From NCBI RefSeq assembly GCF_006345805.1, contig NC_043016.1, positions 7,192,001 through 7,256,000 of the forward strand: DNA of 64,000 bases, written 5' to 3'. The position numbers and the translations under genes were made by a program. This document shows, piece by piece, positions 1 to 12,274 of this stretch. The stretch's first letter is position 1, and every line of letters starts with the position of its first letter. The notes below the pieces were generated by a model that saw only the letters and a program-made list of their open reading frames with translations, did no database searches and was not told the DNA's origin. This stretch comes from Octopus sinensis (taxonomy: Eukaryota).

Positions 1-125
1 CCAGCTGTAGAAACACTCCCAGATCTGACTGGCCTGGTGCAGCCTTCTGGCTTTCCAGACCCCAGTTGAATCGTCCAACCCATGCTAGCATGGAATGCGG
101 ACGTTTAAACGATGATGATGATGAT
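1..125 (+). mobile_element. Family C (RTE 3' UTR) tail
   Basis: ccagctgtagaaac...cccatgctagcatgg...aaacgatgatgatg. Confidence 0.75.
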
Positions 126-223
126 ATATATAAGGATAAGATCGTTAATTTAAAAATAAAATAACGATTTTATCAAGTGGTCAGCATTGAAAAAAAATAA
201 CCTTCAAAGGTAATAATTATTAA

Positions 224-377
224 AATTATAAATCAAGGTATCTACGAGATACCACCATGCTGAAAATAGCAGCCATGATCTCACTCTAAAACCACTGACA
301 TTAAGGTGGTTTTAGAGTCAGATCATGGCTACTATCTTCAGCATGGTGGCATCTCGTAGATACCCTAATTTATAATT
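224..377. repeat. Fold-back inverted repeat (72-bp arms, 10-nt loop)
   Basis: Arms 224-295 and 306-377; homologous to 40799-41143 in opposite orientation. Confidence 0.88.
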
Positions 378-386
378 GTATATATA

Positions 387-439
<53 letters not shown>

Positions 440-442
<3 letters not shown>

Positions 443-860
443 TCATCATCATTGTTTAACGTCCACTTTCCATGCTGGCATCAGTTGCACAGTTTGACTG
501 AGGACTGGCAAGCCAGATGACTGCACCGGGCTCCAATCTGATCTGGTAGAGTTTCTAAAGCTGGATGCCCTTCCAAGCACCAACTACTCTGAAAGTGTAG
601 TGAGTGCTTTTTACATGCCACTGGCATAGGGGCCAGTCAGGTGGTACTGGCATTGACCACACTTGAATGGTGCTTTTTATGTGCCACCAGTGTGGGAGCC
701 AGGCAAGTGGCACTGGCAATGACCACACTCAAATGCTGCCTTTTATGTGCCACCAGCACAGGAGCAACGGTCATGCAACGGACAGCACTGGCAACGGTCA
801 TGCTTGAATGGCACTTTTTTACATTCCACTGGCGTGGGACCAGTCAAGCGGCACTATCAT
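440..860 (-). mobile_element. Family C (RTE 3' UTR) copy
   Basis: (CAT)n + tttaacgtccactttccatgc...ggatgcccttcc...gtgcttttta repeats. Confidence 0.75.
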
Positions 861-1324
861 CATTATCTTCATAATTACTTTACATCTGCTCTTCAAAACT
901 TGTAGGTTGAACTGAATTTTTTGAGGTTGTGTTTTATATGCATATGTGTGCATATGTCTGTGTTTGTATGTATGTATGTGTATATACATACACACACACA
1001 CACAAGAGTTAAGGAATGGAGTAGATAACATCTGGACTACATATGTTTCATAACCCGCTATGAAACATATGTAGGTATTATCTACTCCATTCCTTAACTC
1101 TCGTATTTTATTCACATTCCTGGCAACCCTGGCTGCCTACCGTTAATTATAAAATATTTTTTTTCACCTGATCGTACTTCAATATATGGAAAACATCCAC
1201 AACCTTCTGCCTCAATAAACTGCTGTTGTTCCTCTAAGCTGATTTTTAAAAAATATTTTCTAATGTTTGCTTGATTTTACACCTTGATCCTTGGATCTTA
1301 CATTTATATATAAAAATAGATATA

Positions 1325-3686
1325 CTAGCAGACGCACCCGGCATTTCTCGGGAATGAAATTGTTCTTTTATATACTGGAAGAAAAAGCAAAATATGTTGT
1401 ATAAACATTTGTTCTTCTAAATTCAATTTATTCTTCAATTAAGACACAATTTATTCTTCAGTGGGGAAATCAATTCTGAATTCATAATGTAAAAAAAATA
1501 TTAATAATAATACAAAACAAAAGATTTGATCATTTGAGCAGCTTTGTTCAGGAAGAAGTTTAGGTTCATGTCCATTCACAAATGCAGTCAATTCAGTGAT
1601 GTCATAATTAATCTCTCTTGCTATGTCTCTTGAAGTTAAATCACTAATTTGACGGTTTCTTTTTGGCAGTCCGGAGCCAAACTCTTGCAAATTTTTGCCT
1701 CCCATTGCCAAAACTTGATCCTCAATTTCAATCAGTGTTTGGTTAAAAATTGCTTCAGCATGCTGAATATTGATATCTGGGTTTGCCTGTTGAACTGCAT
1801 ACTTTAAGTCCTTAGCCATGTCCTCACAATGTTTCATCCAAAGTTATAGGGGACTGCCAAGTTGATACATGTTCAGTATTATTGCACAAAGGTTACGGAG
1901 TTTCCTTGGAGAATCTGATACCGATTCTTCAGTCGATGCAAGGTCCCAATGCTCATCATTTTCTAAAGAACCCTTGTTGGTAGCATGCTTTCCTATAGTT
2001 TCATACTCATGACCATTTACCCTCTTCGAATCTTGGTCCCTCGAATTTGAGATCACATACTTTATGCAGAAGGAGCCGTAAGTTGTAACATTCTGCTTGG
2101 CTTGGGTGGGCACTGTAAACTCTTGTAAGTGTGTCAGCCTGTTTGCTCTTGTGCCTTTTATTGTTTCTCCAAGTGTAATTCTTGGGTAATTTTGGGTAAA
2201 CGAGTTTTCTTTTATCTTCATCTACTTGACACAACTTAAAAAAAGTAACAAGGGTAGTTTCTTTTGGAGAAAGTACTTGTTGTAAGGCTGATTGTTTTGT
2301 GAAGATAACCCTGTGGCCATTCTCTAGATGGACTCTCAGATGAATGATGGTTGGGTGCATCTCATGAATGGGATAATTGAAGATGCACCAAAAAGCCTCA
2401 TTGGCACTGCTGTATCTTCCTCTGTCATACTGTGCATCCTTTTTATTTTTATTTATCTGCTGATTGCCATTCTGCATAGGAGTGTATGTTGCAGCATCTA
2501 AACCTTTGTTTATATATTTGCAAAAATACTTAAAAGAGTTAACAGAGATGCAGAATCCAGCATTGACTCTGGCTGCCTGTACTTGTCTTTGCTTCACTGT
2601 AGAATACGGATCATCTACATCTATCCTGACTCCTGTTGTAGAGAGTGAGAACATTGTTCTTGGAAACTTTTTCGAAAATTAAATTAGGGATTAAATGAGA
2701 AAAAAAAGAGTGATTTAAATAAATGGCGATTGGGAAAAGCCCCTTACCACCCTCCCCACCACCACCACATACATACATATACACACAGTATCAAACAACA
2801 GATGAAATAGACATGTGAGAAAGAGAAAGAATGTGTTGTCATGTTTACATGCATACATAAATATGCATACGTCTTTTTGTATGTATGCACACGTGTATGT
2901 GTGTGAGAGAGAAAGAGATAGAGAGAGAGTGAGTGCCACTTAGACATCACTCTCACTCTCTGTTTCACACACACACACACACACATACATACAAAAAAAG
3001 ATGTCTGCTTATGTATTTATGTAAGTATACATGACAACACACCCTAGACTGACTATCTCTCTCACAAACACATACACATACATAAATGTATACAAATGTA
3101 CATACTAACACACATATGTGCATGTGTAACTGACTTGTGTGTATGTGTGTGTGTGTGTGTGAGAGAGAGAGAAAAACAGGGAGAGAGAACATTGCAAACA
3201 GTAAATGAAATAAATATGAAATGAAAAAAATCATATAAATAAAAACTTGTTAAAAAAATTATCTTGTACTGAATCCTTAATCCATAAAAATGTTTTAACC
3301 CGAAGGCTGCGGCCATGCTGGGGAACCACCGCTGAATATTTAAATTTGTGAACTGAGTAAATACTTCTTTCAGTAATTTATTGTAATTGTTTGCAAATAG
3401 CAAATTAAAACTTGAAATGAAAACGTTAAAATAGAAAGTGAGAAGTTTTACAAATGAAAACAGAAAATTTCACCATTGCTATGTCAGTGCTGGAAGTTGA
3501 CATTGAGAAACCTTTATACAGAAGTGAATTGTATATAACAAGCAATGTTATTTATTTTTAATAAAAAAAATAAACTCAAGATCCTATTATGTATACGAGG
3601 TCAAATTATTTATGCATCCCAAATATGGAAGCAATTTGCACAGCCATTTATGCATATAACACACAGGCTTATTTTATATAAGAGGA
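1325..3686 (-). mobile_element. Internally deleted Helitron
   Basis: Minus-strand 3' end CCCGagaaatgcCGGG hairpin followed by CTAG|T at 1325. Candidate 5' end A|TCCTCTTATATAAAA at 3686 (less certain). Contains RepHel coding remnants. Confidence 0.75.
1545..2560 (-). pseudogene. Helitron Rep-helicase fragment, frameshifted across three ORFs
   Basis: KYFCKYINKGLD, RYSSANEAFWCIF.YPIHE.HP.IIHL.VHLENG, TTL..FF, YNLRLLL, LENDEHW...PRKLRNL and L.EIED.V..MGGK.L..FG.GLP motifs typical of the RepHel region between Rep and the PIF1 helicase. Confidence 0.88.
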
Positions 3687-3879
3687 TATATATATGTTTA
3701 TATATTTGTTTTGGAAGATTTTTTATGTGAAATTGTGTGTTGAAACAGATATTGTTGTATTTAGGAATGGTCATTTTGCCAGTTTAGCCAATAAAAACAT
3801 ACGCACAATAGGAATACAAAATACAAAATGGCTGACTGTTAGTAAGGAGAGACACACAAATAAGAAAGAAGAAAGCAAA

Positions 3880-3925
3880 GGACCACTGATGAGGTCACAG
3901 AAGTGTGACAAAAGAACTCTGGCCG
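3880..3925 (+). ncRNA. Decayed hammerhead ribozyme motif inside a fold-back element
   Basis: ggacca-CTGATGA-g gtcaca gaag tgtgac-AAAAG aa CTC-tggcc. 6-bp stem II; GAAA changed to AAAA at a CpG position. Confidence 0.5.
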
Positions 3926-4479
3926 AAATAAGATTAAGATTAATGTAAAAAATAAATAACGCTGAAGCAAAGTAACACCAAATATATAGTGCGTGTGTTT
4001 TTATTGGCTAAACTGGCTAAATGACCATTCTTAAATACAACAATAAAAGATATATATATATGCATACACGTATATGTAAAACTGTGTGTATATATGTATC
4101 TGTGTGTTTGTGTATAATACATAACTGAAAAGTTCCAGTTTCCAGTACTCAGAGTTGCTCATTTCTGATCATCAACATGTAAACAGAATTTGGTTTTCTT
4201 TTGAAATATTCACTGTCAGAATATTTTCTGAAATATGAAATGAAAAATTATGTTCTATTGTTTAAAAGCCGTCACATGCGAAAACGGTTGCTTCAAGCTC
4301 ACATTTTTAATTTTATTTCTGGTTCTCCTGGTAATATTATTATAAACTTCAAAAACTTAATATTCAGTTGAGATCATATAAAAGGCTTCTATCTAATGTA
4401 TAGCAAATATTTTGAAGAAATCTAGAAATAAATTTAATAAATCCAATAACTAAGCCAAGTAAAAGATAAAAGACACACA

Positions 4480-5507
4480 AGAAATAACCTTGGCCTTTCA
4501 AGCAGGTTAGAATGGTGTTTCCATTGTATAGATTGTCTCTTTGTCTCTGGCTCAAAGGCATGAAGTCAACACTCTTTTTGGCTCAGGAGATGTTCAAAGA
4601 AACCAGGTGGATCTGCGTCAAACAATGTCAGATTTCCCCATGATGTAATCAGTTTGGTGTATTTTTGATCAGGTGTCAGCTGTGTCACCCACCGAGCAGA
4701 AACCATCATAGTGCTAAGTTCATTGTGCAGAATATTCTCAACTTTCTCACTGAATATGCTAGCAGCATTTGGCTATTTGCATTTATAGTAAATCAATTGT
4801 CATCCCTCGCCATGTGGTAAACACAATCAATATTTTCCTTGGTGGAGGCAGTTGCAGGATGTCCAGATCTTGGGTTATCTCCAAATCTCACCCTTCCCTC
4901 CTAAATTCAGTTGCCCACTTTTGCACTGTTGATAAAGTTGGATTGTCATTCCCTTACATAGCAACCACGCCAACGTAAACGCTTTGGGAGGGGCCAAAGC
5001 CTTCTTTCTATAGGCACTTGATAACACCATAATGCCAAATTTTGTTCATTTTCATGAGAAATTGCTACTAGTTACTGTTGAAGTCCTCTTTGAATAGTTA
5101 AATGTCAGTTTATCTGAAAAGAAAGAATGCAGTTATTAATAAGAAGAGTTGAGATTAATGCATACAAACACTGGCTCGGGAATGAAATTTGCTTTGTGGG
5201 TGCAAACCCAGGTCTAAAAATATTTACAAACAAGGTCCTTTTTTTTTTTTGTTATTTTTGTGTTTTGTTCTTTGAGAAGGAACCTAACTTCAAGCTACTT
5301 TTTGCACATCACTTTTTATTTACCGTTTTCTAAACTTGAGAAAAATAAGCAGGGCTGCAAATTTTGGTTTGGCACTCTGCAAAAAATTCTAGGGGGTGCG
5401 CTTGCACCACCTGCACCCCCTGTTCCTGGGCCCATGCATGCAAGATTTCACGGCTTTAGAATCACTCCTTCATAGTCAACCCATGAACTTTCCCGTCCAC
5501 CCTTATA
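4480..5507 (-). mobile_element. Degenerate mariner transposon (5' TIR + N-terminal transposase)
   Basis: Minus-strand TA-TAAGGGTGGACGGGAAAGTTC TIR-like end near 5507. Broken translation includes TLSTVQKWATEF, DDPRSG-like, ENILHNEL, VSARWV (WVPHEL-type) and FEPETKRQSIQWKH. Confidence 0.8.
5169..5436. mobile_element. hAT-like MITE nested in the mariner
   Basis: Imperfect 14-bp TIRs (CACTGGCTCGGGAA / CATGGGCCCAGGAA) flanked by an 8-bp duplication catacaaa/catgcaag. Confidence 0.55.
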
Positions 5508-5764
5508 TTTCATAAAACTGCTTCACATGCATATTATATAACACACACACACAAGGAATGTAGTGATGGATATCAACTGTGGGAAAATACCTAGGAATAG
5601 AGAAATAGCCAAGAATTTATTGTTCCTGGGGGAGGTCCCACTATATTAAATTTACACACAGCTGAAGCTCACTTCCGTAACATGGTGACCTGAAAATAAC
5701 TTTGGTTAATTGAGGTCATCCAAGCTTTTAGATGACTAAAAATCACAGTAATGTTTAAAAATTT

Positions 5765-6345
5765 GTGTGTGTGTGTGCATACATGCATATATGTTTGTGT
5801 GTGTGTGTGTAGGTGTAAATGTGCATACATGCATATGTTTGTGTATGTGTGTGTGTATGTGTAAATGTGCATACATGCATATGTTTGTGTGTATGTGTGT
5901 AAGTGTGCATACATGCATATATGTTTGTGTGTGTGTGTGTAAGTGTGCATACATACATACATGTTTGTGTATGTGTGTAAGTGTGCATACATGCATATAT
6001 GTTTGTATGTGTGTGTGTGTGTAAGTGTGCATACATGCATATATGTTTGTATGTGTGTGTGTGTGTAAGTGTGCATACATGCATATATGTTTGTATGTGT
6101 GTGTGTGTGTAAGTGTGCATACATGCATATATGTTTGTATGTGTGTGTGTGTGTAAGTGTGCATACATGCATATATGTTTGTATGTGTGTGTGTGTGTAA
6201 GTGTGCATACATGCATATATGTTTGTATGTGTGTGTGTGTGTAAGTGTGGCATACATGCATATATGTTTGTATGTGTGTGTGTGTGTGTAAGTGTGCATA
6301 CATGCATATATGTTTGTGTGTGTGTGTGTGTGTGTACATGCATGT
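5765..6345. repeat. About 44-bp minisatellite, roughly 13 units
   Basis: Unit gtaagtgtgcatacatgcatatatgtttgtatgtgtgtgtgtgt, e.g. starts at 6021 and 6065. Confidence 0.92.
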
Positions 6346-6384
6346 GTTTGTGTGTGTATGTGTATCGAAACAGGAGATTCTTTT

Positions 6385-6590
6385 ATTCTTTTATTTGTTT
6401 GTCATCTGACTGTGGCCATGCTGGAGCACCGCCTTTAGTCAAGCAAATGAACCCCAGGACATATTCTTTGTAAGCCTAGTACTTATTCTATTGGTTTCTC
6501 TTGCCGAACCGCTAAGTGACAGGGATTTAAACACACCAGCATCGGTTGTCAAGCAATGTTGGGGCAACAAATACAGACACACAAATACAT

Positions 6591-6621
<31 letters not shown>

Positions 6622-6816
6622 CATATATATATACATACATATATATATATACAATGGGCTTCTTTCATTTTCCATCTACCAAATCCACTCACAAGGCTTT
6701 GGTCGGCCTAAGCCTATAGTAGAAGACTCTTGCCCAAGTTGCCATGCAGTGGGACTGAACCCGGAACCATGTGGTTGGTAAGCAAGCTACTTACCACACA
6801 GCCACTCCTGCACCTA
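6385..6816 (-). mobile_element. Family A tRNA-derived SINE (CORE-like, bipartite around a microsatellite)
   Basis: Head ggtgcaggagtggctgtgtggtaag...ggttcagtcc (A/B-box-like), ttgggcaag CORE-like motif, internal (TA/CA)n, tail ggtgctccagcatggcc. Confidence 0.8.
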
Positions 6817-7061
6817 TTGGAAAAGTTTTTGGTATCATTTATTCACCATTACATATTTCATTTGGTAACAGGAGTTGCAAAGTTGTACATGTTGGATAAA
6901 CATGCAAAACATCCCAAATTCGAAATTCTTCAGACTGAAAATCAAAATATTTGTTTCTCCTACAATACAAACCTCACACTGAAGAACTTCCAATGGATGT
7001 CTTACATGTTTCTCCTACATGTACCATTTTGTAACTCTTATTAGTAAATGAAACTCGTATA

Positions 7062-7575
7062 TCATCATCATCATCATCGTTTAACGTCCGTTCTCCATGC
7101 TAGCATAGGTTGGACAGTTTGACTTGGGTCTGGGAAGCCAGAAGGCTGCACCAGGCTCCAGTCTGATCTGGCAGTGTTTCTACAGCTGGATGCCCTTCCT
7201 AACGCCAACCACTCCGTGAGTGTAGTGGGTGCATTTTACATGCCAAGCAAGGCTGGCAACGGCCATGATCGGATTGGTGCTTTTTACGTTCCACCGGCAC
7301 AGAAGCCAGTCAAGGCAAAGCTGGCATCGGCCATGATCGGATTGGTGCTTTTTACGTTCCACCGGCACAGAAGCCAGTCAGGGCGGTGCTGGCATCGGCC
7401 ATGTTCGGATGGTGCTTTTTACGTGCCACCAGCACAGAGATCACAACTACAATTTCCATTGATTTTTGATGTTGGTGTACTTGACTCAACAGGTCTCCTC
7501 AAGCACAGGGTCGAAACGGTGTTTCTTTACTTGCCACCTGCACAGGAGTCAGTCCAGCGGAACTGGCAATTGCCG
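7062..7575 (-). mobile_element. Family C (RTE 3' UTR) copy
   Basis: Same consensus, with about 58-bp internal repeats and the ORF-end remnant gtgcttgaggagacctgttga on the minus strand. Confidence 0.78.
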
Positions 7576-8199
7576 GGTGCCAGTCATATAATGATGAATA
7601 AATAATTTTTACTAATCTTTTTTCATTGGTAATTACATTGCAAAAATTATTTTCCTGTATTTTTCAACTCTTATGTATACTTCACACGAATATAACATCT
7701 ACATATGACCTTGGTGTACTAGAATAAGCAGATGTGCTTCAACAGGACACAGCTTGGATTATAGTCTTATCTCAGATCCAAGCAATCTCATCTACAAAAA
7801 AATATGTCTGTAAAGGTAATGAGTGGACAAATGAAAGTGGTACTTATCACATTTGCTGAGGGTTATATGTGTTATTAAATAACAGTTTCACTCAAAGATT
7901 TGTAGGCTCATGAAATGCACGTATAGACAGCATAAAAGGATACCAGAAAAGATGAAGATTGCTTCTAGATGTTAAGTGTCTATTGGTTAACTCAGGTCAC
8001 CTGAGTTGAATTTAGCCTCATATCCCCCATTTACTCTGCTCTAGATGCCTGAAGAGTTAGGTTCGTTCTATGAGCCTACAAAGTGTTAAGTTGCATGGAG
8101 CTGAGTTAACTGTTGTTAGATAATATATATATGTAAATTTAAGACACAATATGTGGATTCATTTAATCTGGTGGCACTCGTAAAAAATGCTCCTTAGTA

Positions 8200-8880
8200 T
8201 ATCATTCTACAAAACAGAATATATAAAACAATACAAAAGAAAACAAATATGTAAAATTATGAATAACAGATTTCTTTTAACCCGAAGAGCTAGCTTAATA
8301 TCTACATTATAAGATTGTATATATATATATATATATTAATGCAGACAAGTGAGCAATTTATTACTTATGAAATATTGAAAAATAAATTTTATCTATACAT
8401 GATTATTAAGCTGCAAAACAATTGCTAATAAATAAGATCTGATGATAAGATAAATTTTATCATAGTATATTTCCCTCATTATTTATAATTATATACATAA
8501 ATATATATAAGAGGTTGGCTGGGCTAGAGGTTAAAATAACCATCTAAGAGATAGAAGTATTTATTACACTACCAGTATATTACCTATGTTTAACCACGGG
8601 CATACATATGTAAGCATATTATGTTCATAAATTATAGGTAAAGACAAGGATAAACATGAGTTTATCAAGAATCAAAATTTAAAGAAGGCAGAAAATGGAA
8701 AAATATCAATGAACAATTGGTTTACATCAATTGTTATTTACGAATTCAATACAAATAGACTGCATCCCGTCTAACAGCTGTTTCTGCTTCCAATGTTGTA
8801 TGATATTGCCATTGATATGCTAAAATATTTATCATTTGGTAATAAAACCGATCTGAAACATGGAGTTTCACTAGAGTGAA
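8200..8880 (-). mobile_element. Possible Penelope-like remnant
   Basis: Minus-strand GAAACAGCTGT palindromic stem-III motif at ~8773-8785; AT-rich segment with weak resemblance to a GIY-YIG C-terminus. Confidence 0.3.
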
Positions 8881-9049
8881 CAATAAATAAAGAAGAAGAG
8901 CATAGAGAAAGTTGAATATACCATTTTGCTTCCATATCTCTTTGGGGCATTAAGTAAGACGTGATTCAAAACCTTGAAATTCCTGAACCAAAGTTCTGCT
9001 ATGGGATGCAGTTTAAAGTCTTACCCAGGACGTGTATGCATGTCCTGGG

Positions 9050-9365
9050 TAAAACTCAATGATTAGAGCATCAGGTTCACAATCATGAGGTTGTGAGTTC
9101 AAATCCTGGACTGGGTGGTTTGTTGTGTTCTTCAGCAAGACACTTTATTTCAAGTTGCTCCAGTTAACTCAGCTGTAGAATTGAGTTGTAATGTATCTGG
9201 TGCCAAGCTGTTTCAGCCTTTACTTTGGATAATATTGTTGGTGCCGAGAGGGGAAACTGATAGGCATGGGCAACTGCTGGTCTTTCTTAAACAACCTTGT
9301 CCAGACATGGGCTTCGAGGAACTTTCTGGGAGCAATCCCATGGTCATTTGTGACCGAAGGCGGTT
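9050..9365 (+). mobile_element. Third tRNA-derived SINE family (related copy ~30720-31005 on -)
   Basis: gagttcaaatcc B box followed by gcaagacactttatttc..ttgctccag..actcagctg. Confidence 0.6.
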
Positions 9366-9676
9366 TTTACTCCTCTATTTTATACACCACATCCATATAT
9401 TCTCTTTTATTCTTTTACTGGCTTCAGCTACAGGCTATGGACATGCTGGGGCACATCAAGCAGAGTTAATGCTAGTTATTTCAGCCTTATTTCAGGATTC
9501 TCTTTCCAGCTTTAGACCTGGTGAAGTAGTGAGTTTGTACAATGATGCCGGCTTTGCATTTGTTGCTGTGATGTGGGTTCATCTGGTATATTTGGAATAA
9601 AAATGGTCTGTTTGTTCTTAAAATGCATCTAAATCTTTGACTTGTAGTGAGGTTTTGATGTACACATATACACACG

Positions 9677-9750
<74 letters not shown>

Positions 9751-9760
9751 ATGTACGTCT

Positions 9761-9802
<42 letters not shown>

Positions 9803-10834
9803 CATACATACATACATATATACATGTGTGTGTGTGTGTGTGCATGTATGTATATGTATATATATATATATATACACACACAGAAACAGAGAAAGAGAAG
9901 TAGGCAGGGAAGATATTTTTCTTTAAGCTGGTTGGTTATTTTATGAAAGTATACTGTATGCAGTTTAGTTGGTTTGTGTGTGTGTTTGTGTGTGTATGTA
10001 TACACACACACACACATATATATATATAGAGAGAGATATGGTGAATGTGAGTTTATATATTTATGTGTGTGTGATATTGATATAAATTCCATGTCAGATA
10101 CTTTTTAATATTTCCTATGTTGTTAAACCCTGAGATGTCATTTAAGTACCATGACCCAAATTATATTTTGTTTTCCCATTTTACAGTTTTAGTTATTAAT
10201 AGTCTTTGGTGGGGAGGGGGATTTTCCTCTTTGTTTATATTTGTTTTTGCTTTTACTTTTATACACTATTATTTTCACCAATTCTCTAAATTCTACTTAA
10301 AAATATTCCAATGAGAAAACCTCTATGTAAACATTATCCTTGTTAGAAGTAGCAGCATAATCATCCTCAAATTACACACTACCATCTTTCAAATAATTCT
10401 TTTTAATTTTGGCACAAGGTCAACAATTTTGAGGGAGTGGGGAATAGTTAATTACATTGACCCCTCTGTTCAGCTGGAACTTATTCTATCAATCCCAAAT
10501 GAATGAAAGACAACTCAGAATGTGAAGAAATGTGACTAACCCTTTTATATAGTTTTTTTTTTTTTTTTTTTTTTTTTTGCATGGTAACAATTCTGCCAGT
10601 TTGCCACCTTTTAAATAATGGTTTCTAGTTTTAGTACAAGGCCAGTGATATCAGGGAAGGGTCAAGTTGATTATATTGACCCTCAGAGCTCAACCAATAT
10701 GTATTTTATTGACCCAGAAAGGATGAGAAGCAATATCAACCTCAGTAGAATTTGAACTTAGAATGTAAGGATGGCTGAAATGGCACAAGCATGTTGCCTA
10801 ATGTGCTGACGATTCTGCCAGCTTACTGCCTTAA

Positions 10835-11051
10835 CCCTTTTGTTACCAACCCGGCTGAAACTGGCTCTGGATCTGAGTACAAATGTCTTGTTTTCATAAG
10901 TTTTGATTTAAAATCTTCTACCAAACCTTAGTCACAATTTATGTTCCTAACACTAGCTGAATGATAACTAAGTTATTTTACTAAATTCTTTGTTATATTT
11001 AAAATTAATTGAAAGAAACACATAACATCACAAAATACAGTAATGAAACGG
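10835..11051. mobile_element. piggyBac-like MITE
   Basis: TTAA|CCCTTTTGTTAC...GTAATGAAACGG|TTAA; near-identical copies at 43619 and 26954. Confidence 0.8.
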
Positions 11052-11533
11052 TTAAGAAAAAATGGACACTTTGGTTTGTTTGGGCAAAATGAGACGACCA
11101 TGTAGGAATTCCTATGTAGTCATCTAGAATGATTAACTCTTTATCATTCAGATTACTCTGTCAAGCGTAATGCTTTATTCATTTACATTGTTTTGAATTA
11201 ATCATGTATTATGTTGTAGCTTTCAGATTTGGATGAGGTGACTGTTAATTTTTTAAATGGCATTGTATAATTCTCCCTTTTGATGAAACATTGCAACCAG
11301 CTGTTTGAAGTGGCTGTGTGGTAACTAGCTTGCTTACCAACCACAATATCCTGGGTTCAGTCCCACTGTGTGACACCTTGGTCAAGTGTCTTTTACTATA
11401 GCCTCAACCCAACCAAAGACTTGTAAGTGGATTTGGTAGATGGAAACTGAAAGAAGCCTGTTGTATATATGTATATATATATATATATACATACATACAT
11501 ATGTATGTATATATATATATATATATATACATA

Positions 11534-12220
11534 CATGAGAAAGTAAGGAGGGATGTCAGGAAGGGCATCGCTGTTACACTTCCAGATGGGAAGGGTCTTC
11601 CTATGATGCTGACATGCAGTGTCTGTGCAAGACCCTGCCTCAGTAAAGCTGGACTCAAGAGTCATCTTCGTAGTCATAAAGTGAGACAGATGAGTGACAA
11701 CCTGGCCACTGGTGGTGGTGTTACTCACCATACTAATCATATCTATATGTATATATATATATATATATACATACATACATGAGAAAGTAAGGAGGGATGT
11801 CAGGAAGGGCATCGCTGTTACACTTCCAGATGGGAAGGGTCTTCCTATGATGCTGACATACAGTGTCTGTGCAAGACCCTGCCTCAGTAAAGCTGGACTC
11901 AAGAGTCATCTTCGTAGTCATAAAGTGAGACAGATGAGTGACAACCTGGCCACTGGTGGTGGTGTAACACACCATACTAATCATATCTGTCGGGCATGCG
12001 GAAGAGAGTGTAATTCGGCAGGAGAACTTAAACGATATGCAATGGTACATGAAGCCCAGTTACAACTACAGCCGGCTATTACTGGTAAAGGTTTTAGTTG
12101 CCAATTCTGTACAAGACATTGTAGATCTTTAGCTGGGCTAAAAAGTCACATTCGATCACAGCACCAGTAACAGTTAAGTTTCGTGCAATGGCCATAATCG
12201 ATAATGAGGGGGCAACCATT
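11534..12220 (+). mobile_element. C2H2 zinc-finger-encoding fragment, probably a LINE ORF2 C-terminus, with partial 5' duplication
   Basis: CSVCARPCLSKAGLKSHLRSH, CRACGRECNSAGELKRYAMVH, CQFCTRHCRSLAGLKSHIRSQH*; inserted into the (TA)n of a SINE; 244-bp period duplication. Confidence 0.65.
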
Positions 12221-12228
12221 ATATAAAT

Positions 12229-12274
<46 letters not shown>

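Noticed and set aside
5669-6343. 187-224 aa His/Thr-rich ORFs
   Set aside because: Produced by the 44-bp minisatellite.
6491-6781. Recurring ORFs ending ...CHAVGLNPEPCGW or containing LQLDALPNANH
   Set aside because: Translations of family A SINE and family C repeats; recurrence reflects repeat copy number, not a gene family.
9050-9115. Possible tRNA gene
   Set aside because: B box present but no complete cloverleaf; continues into a SINE body.
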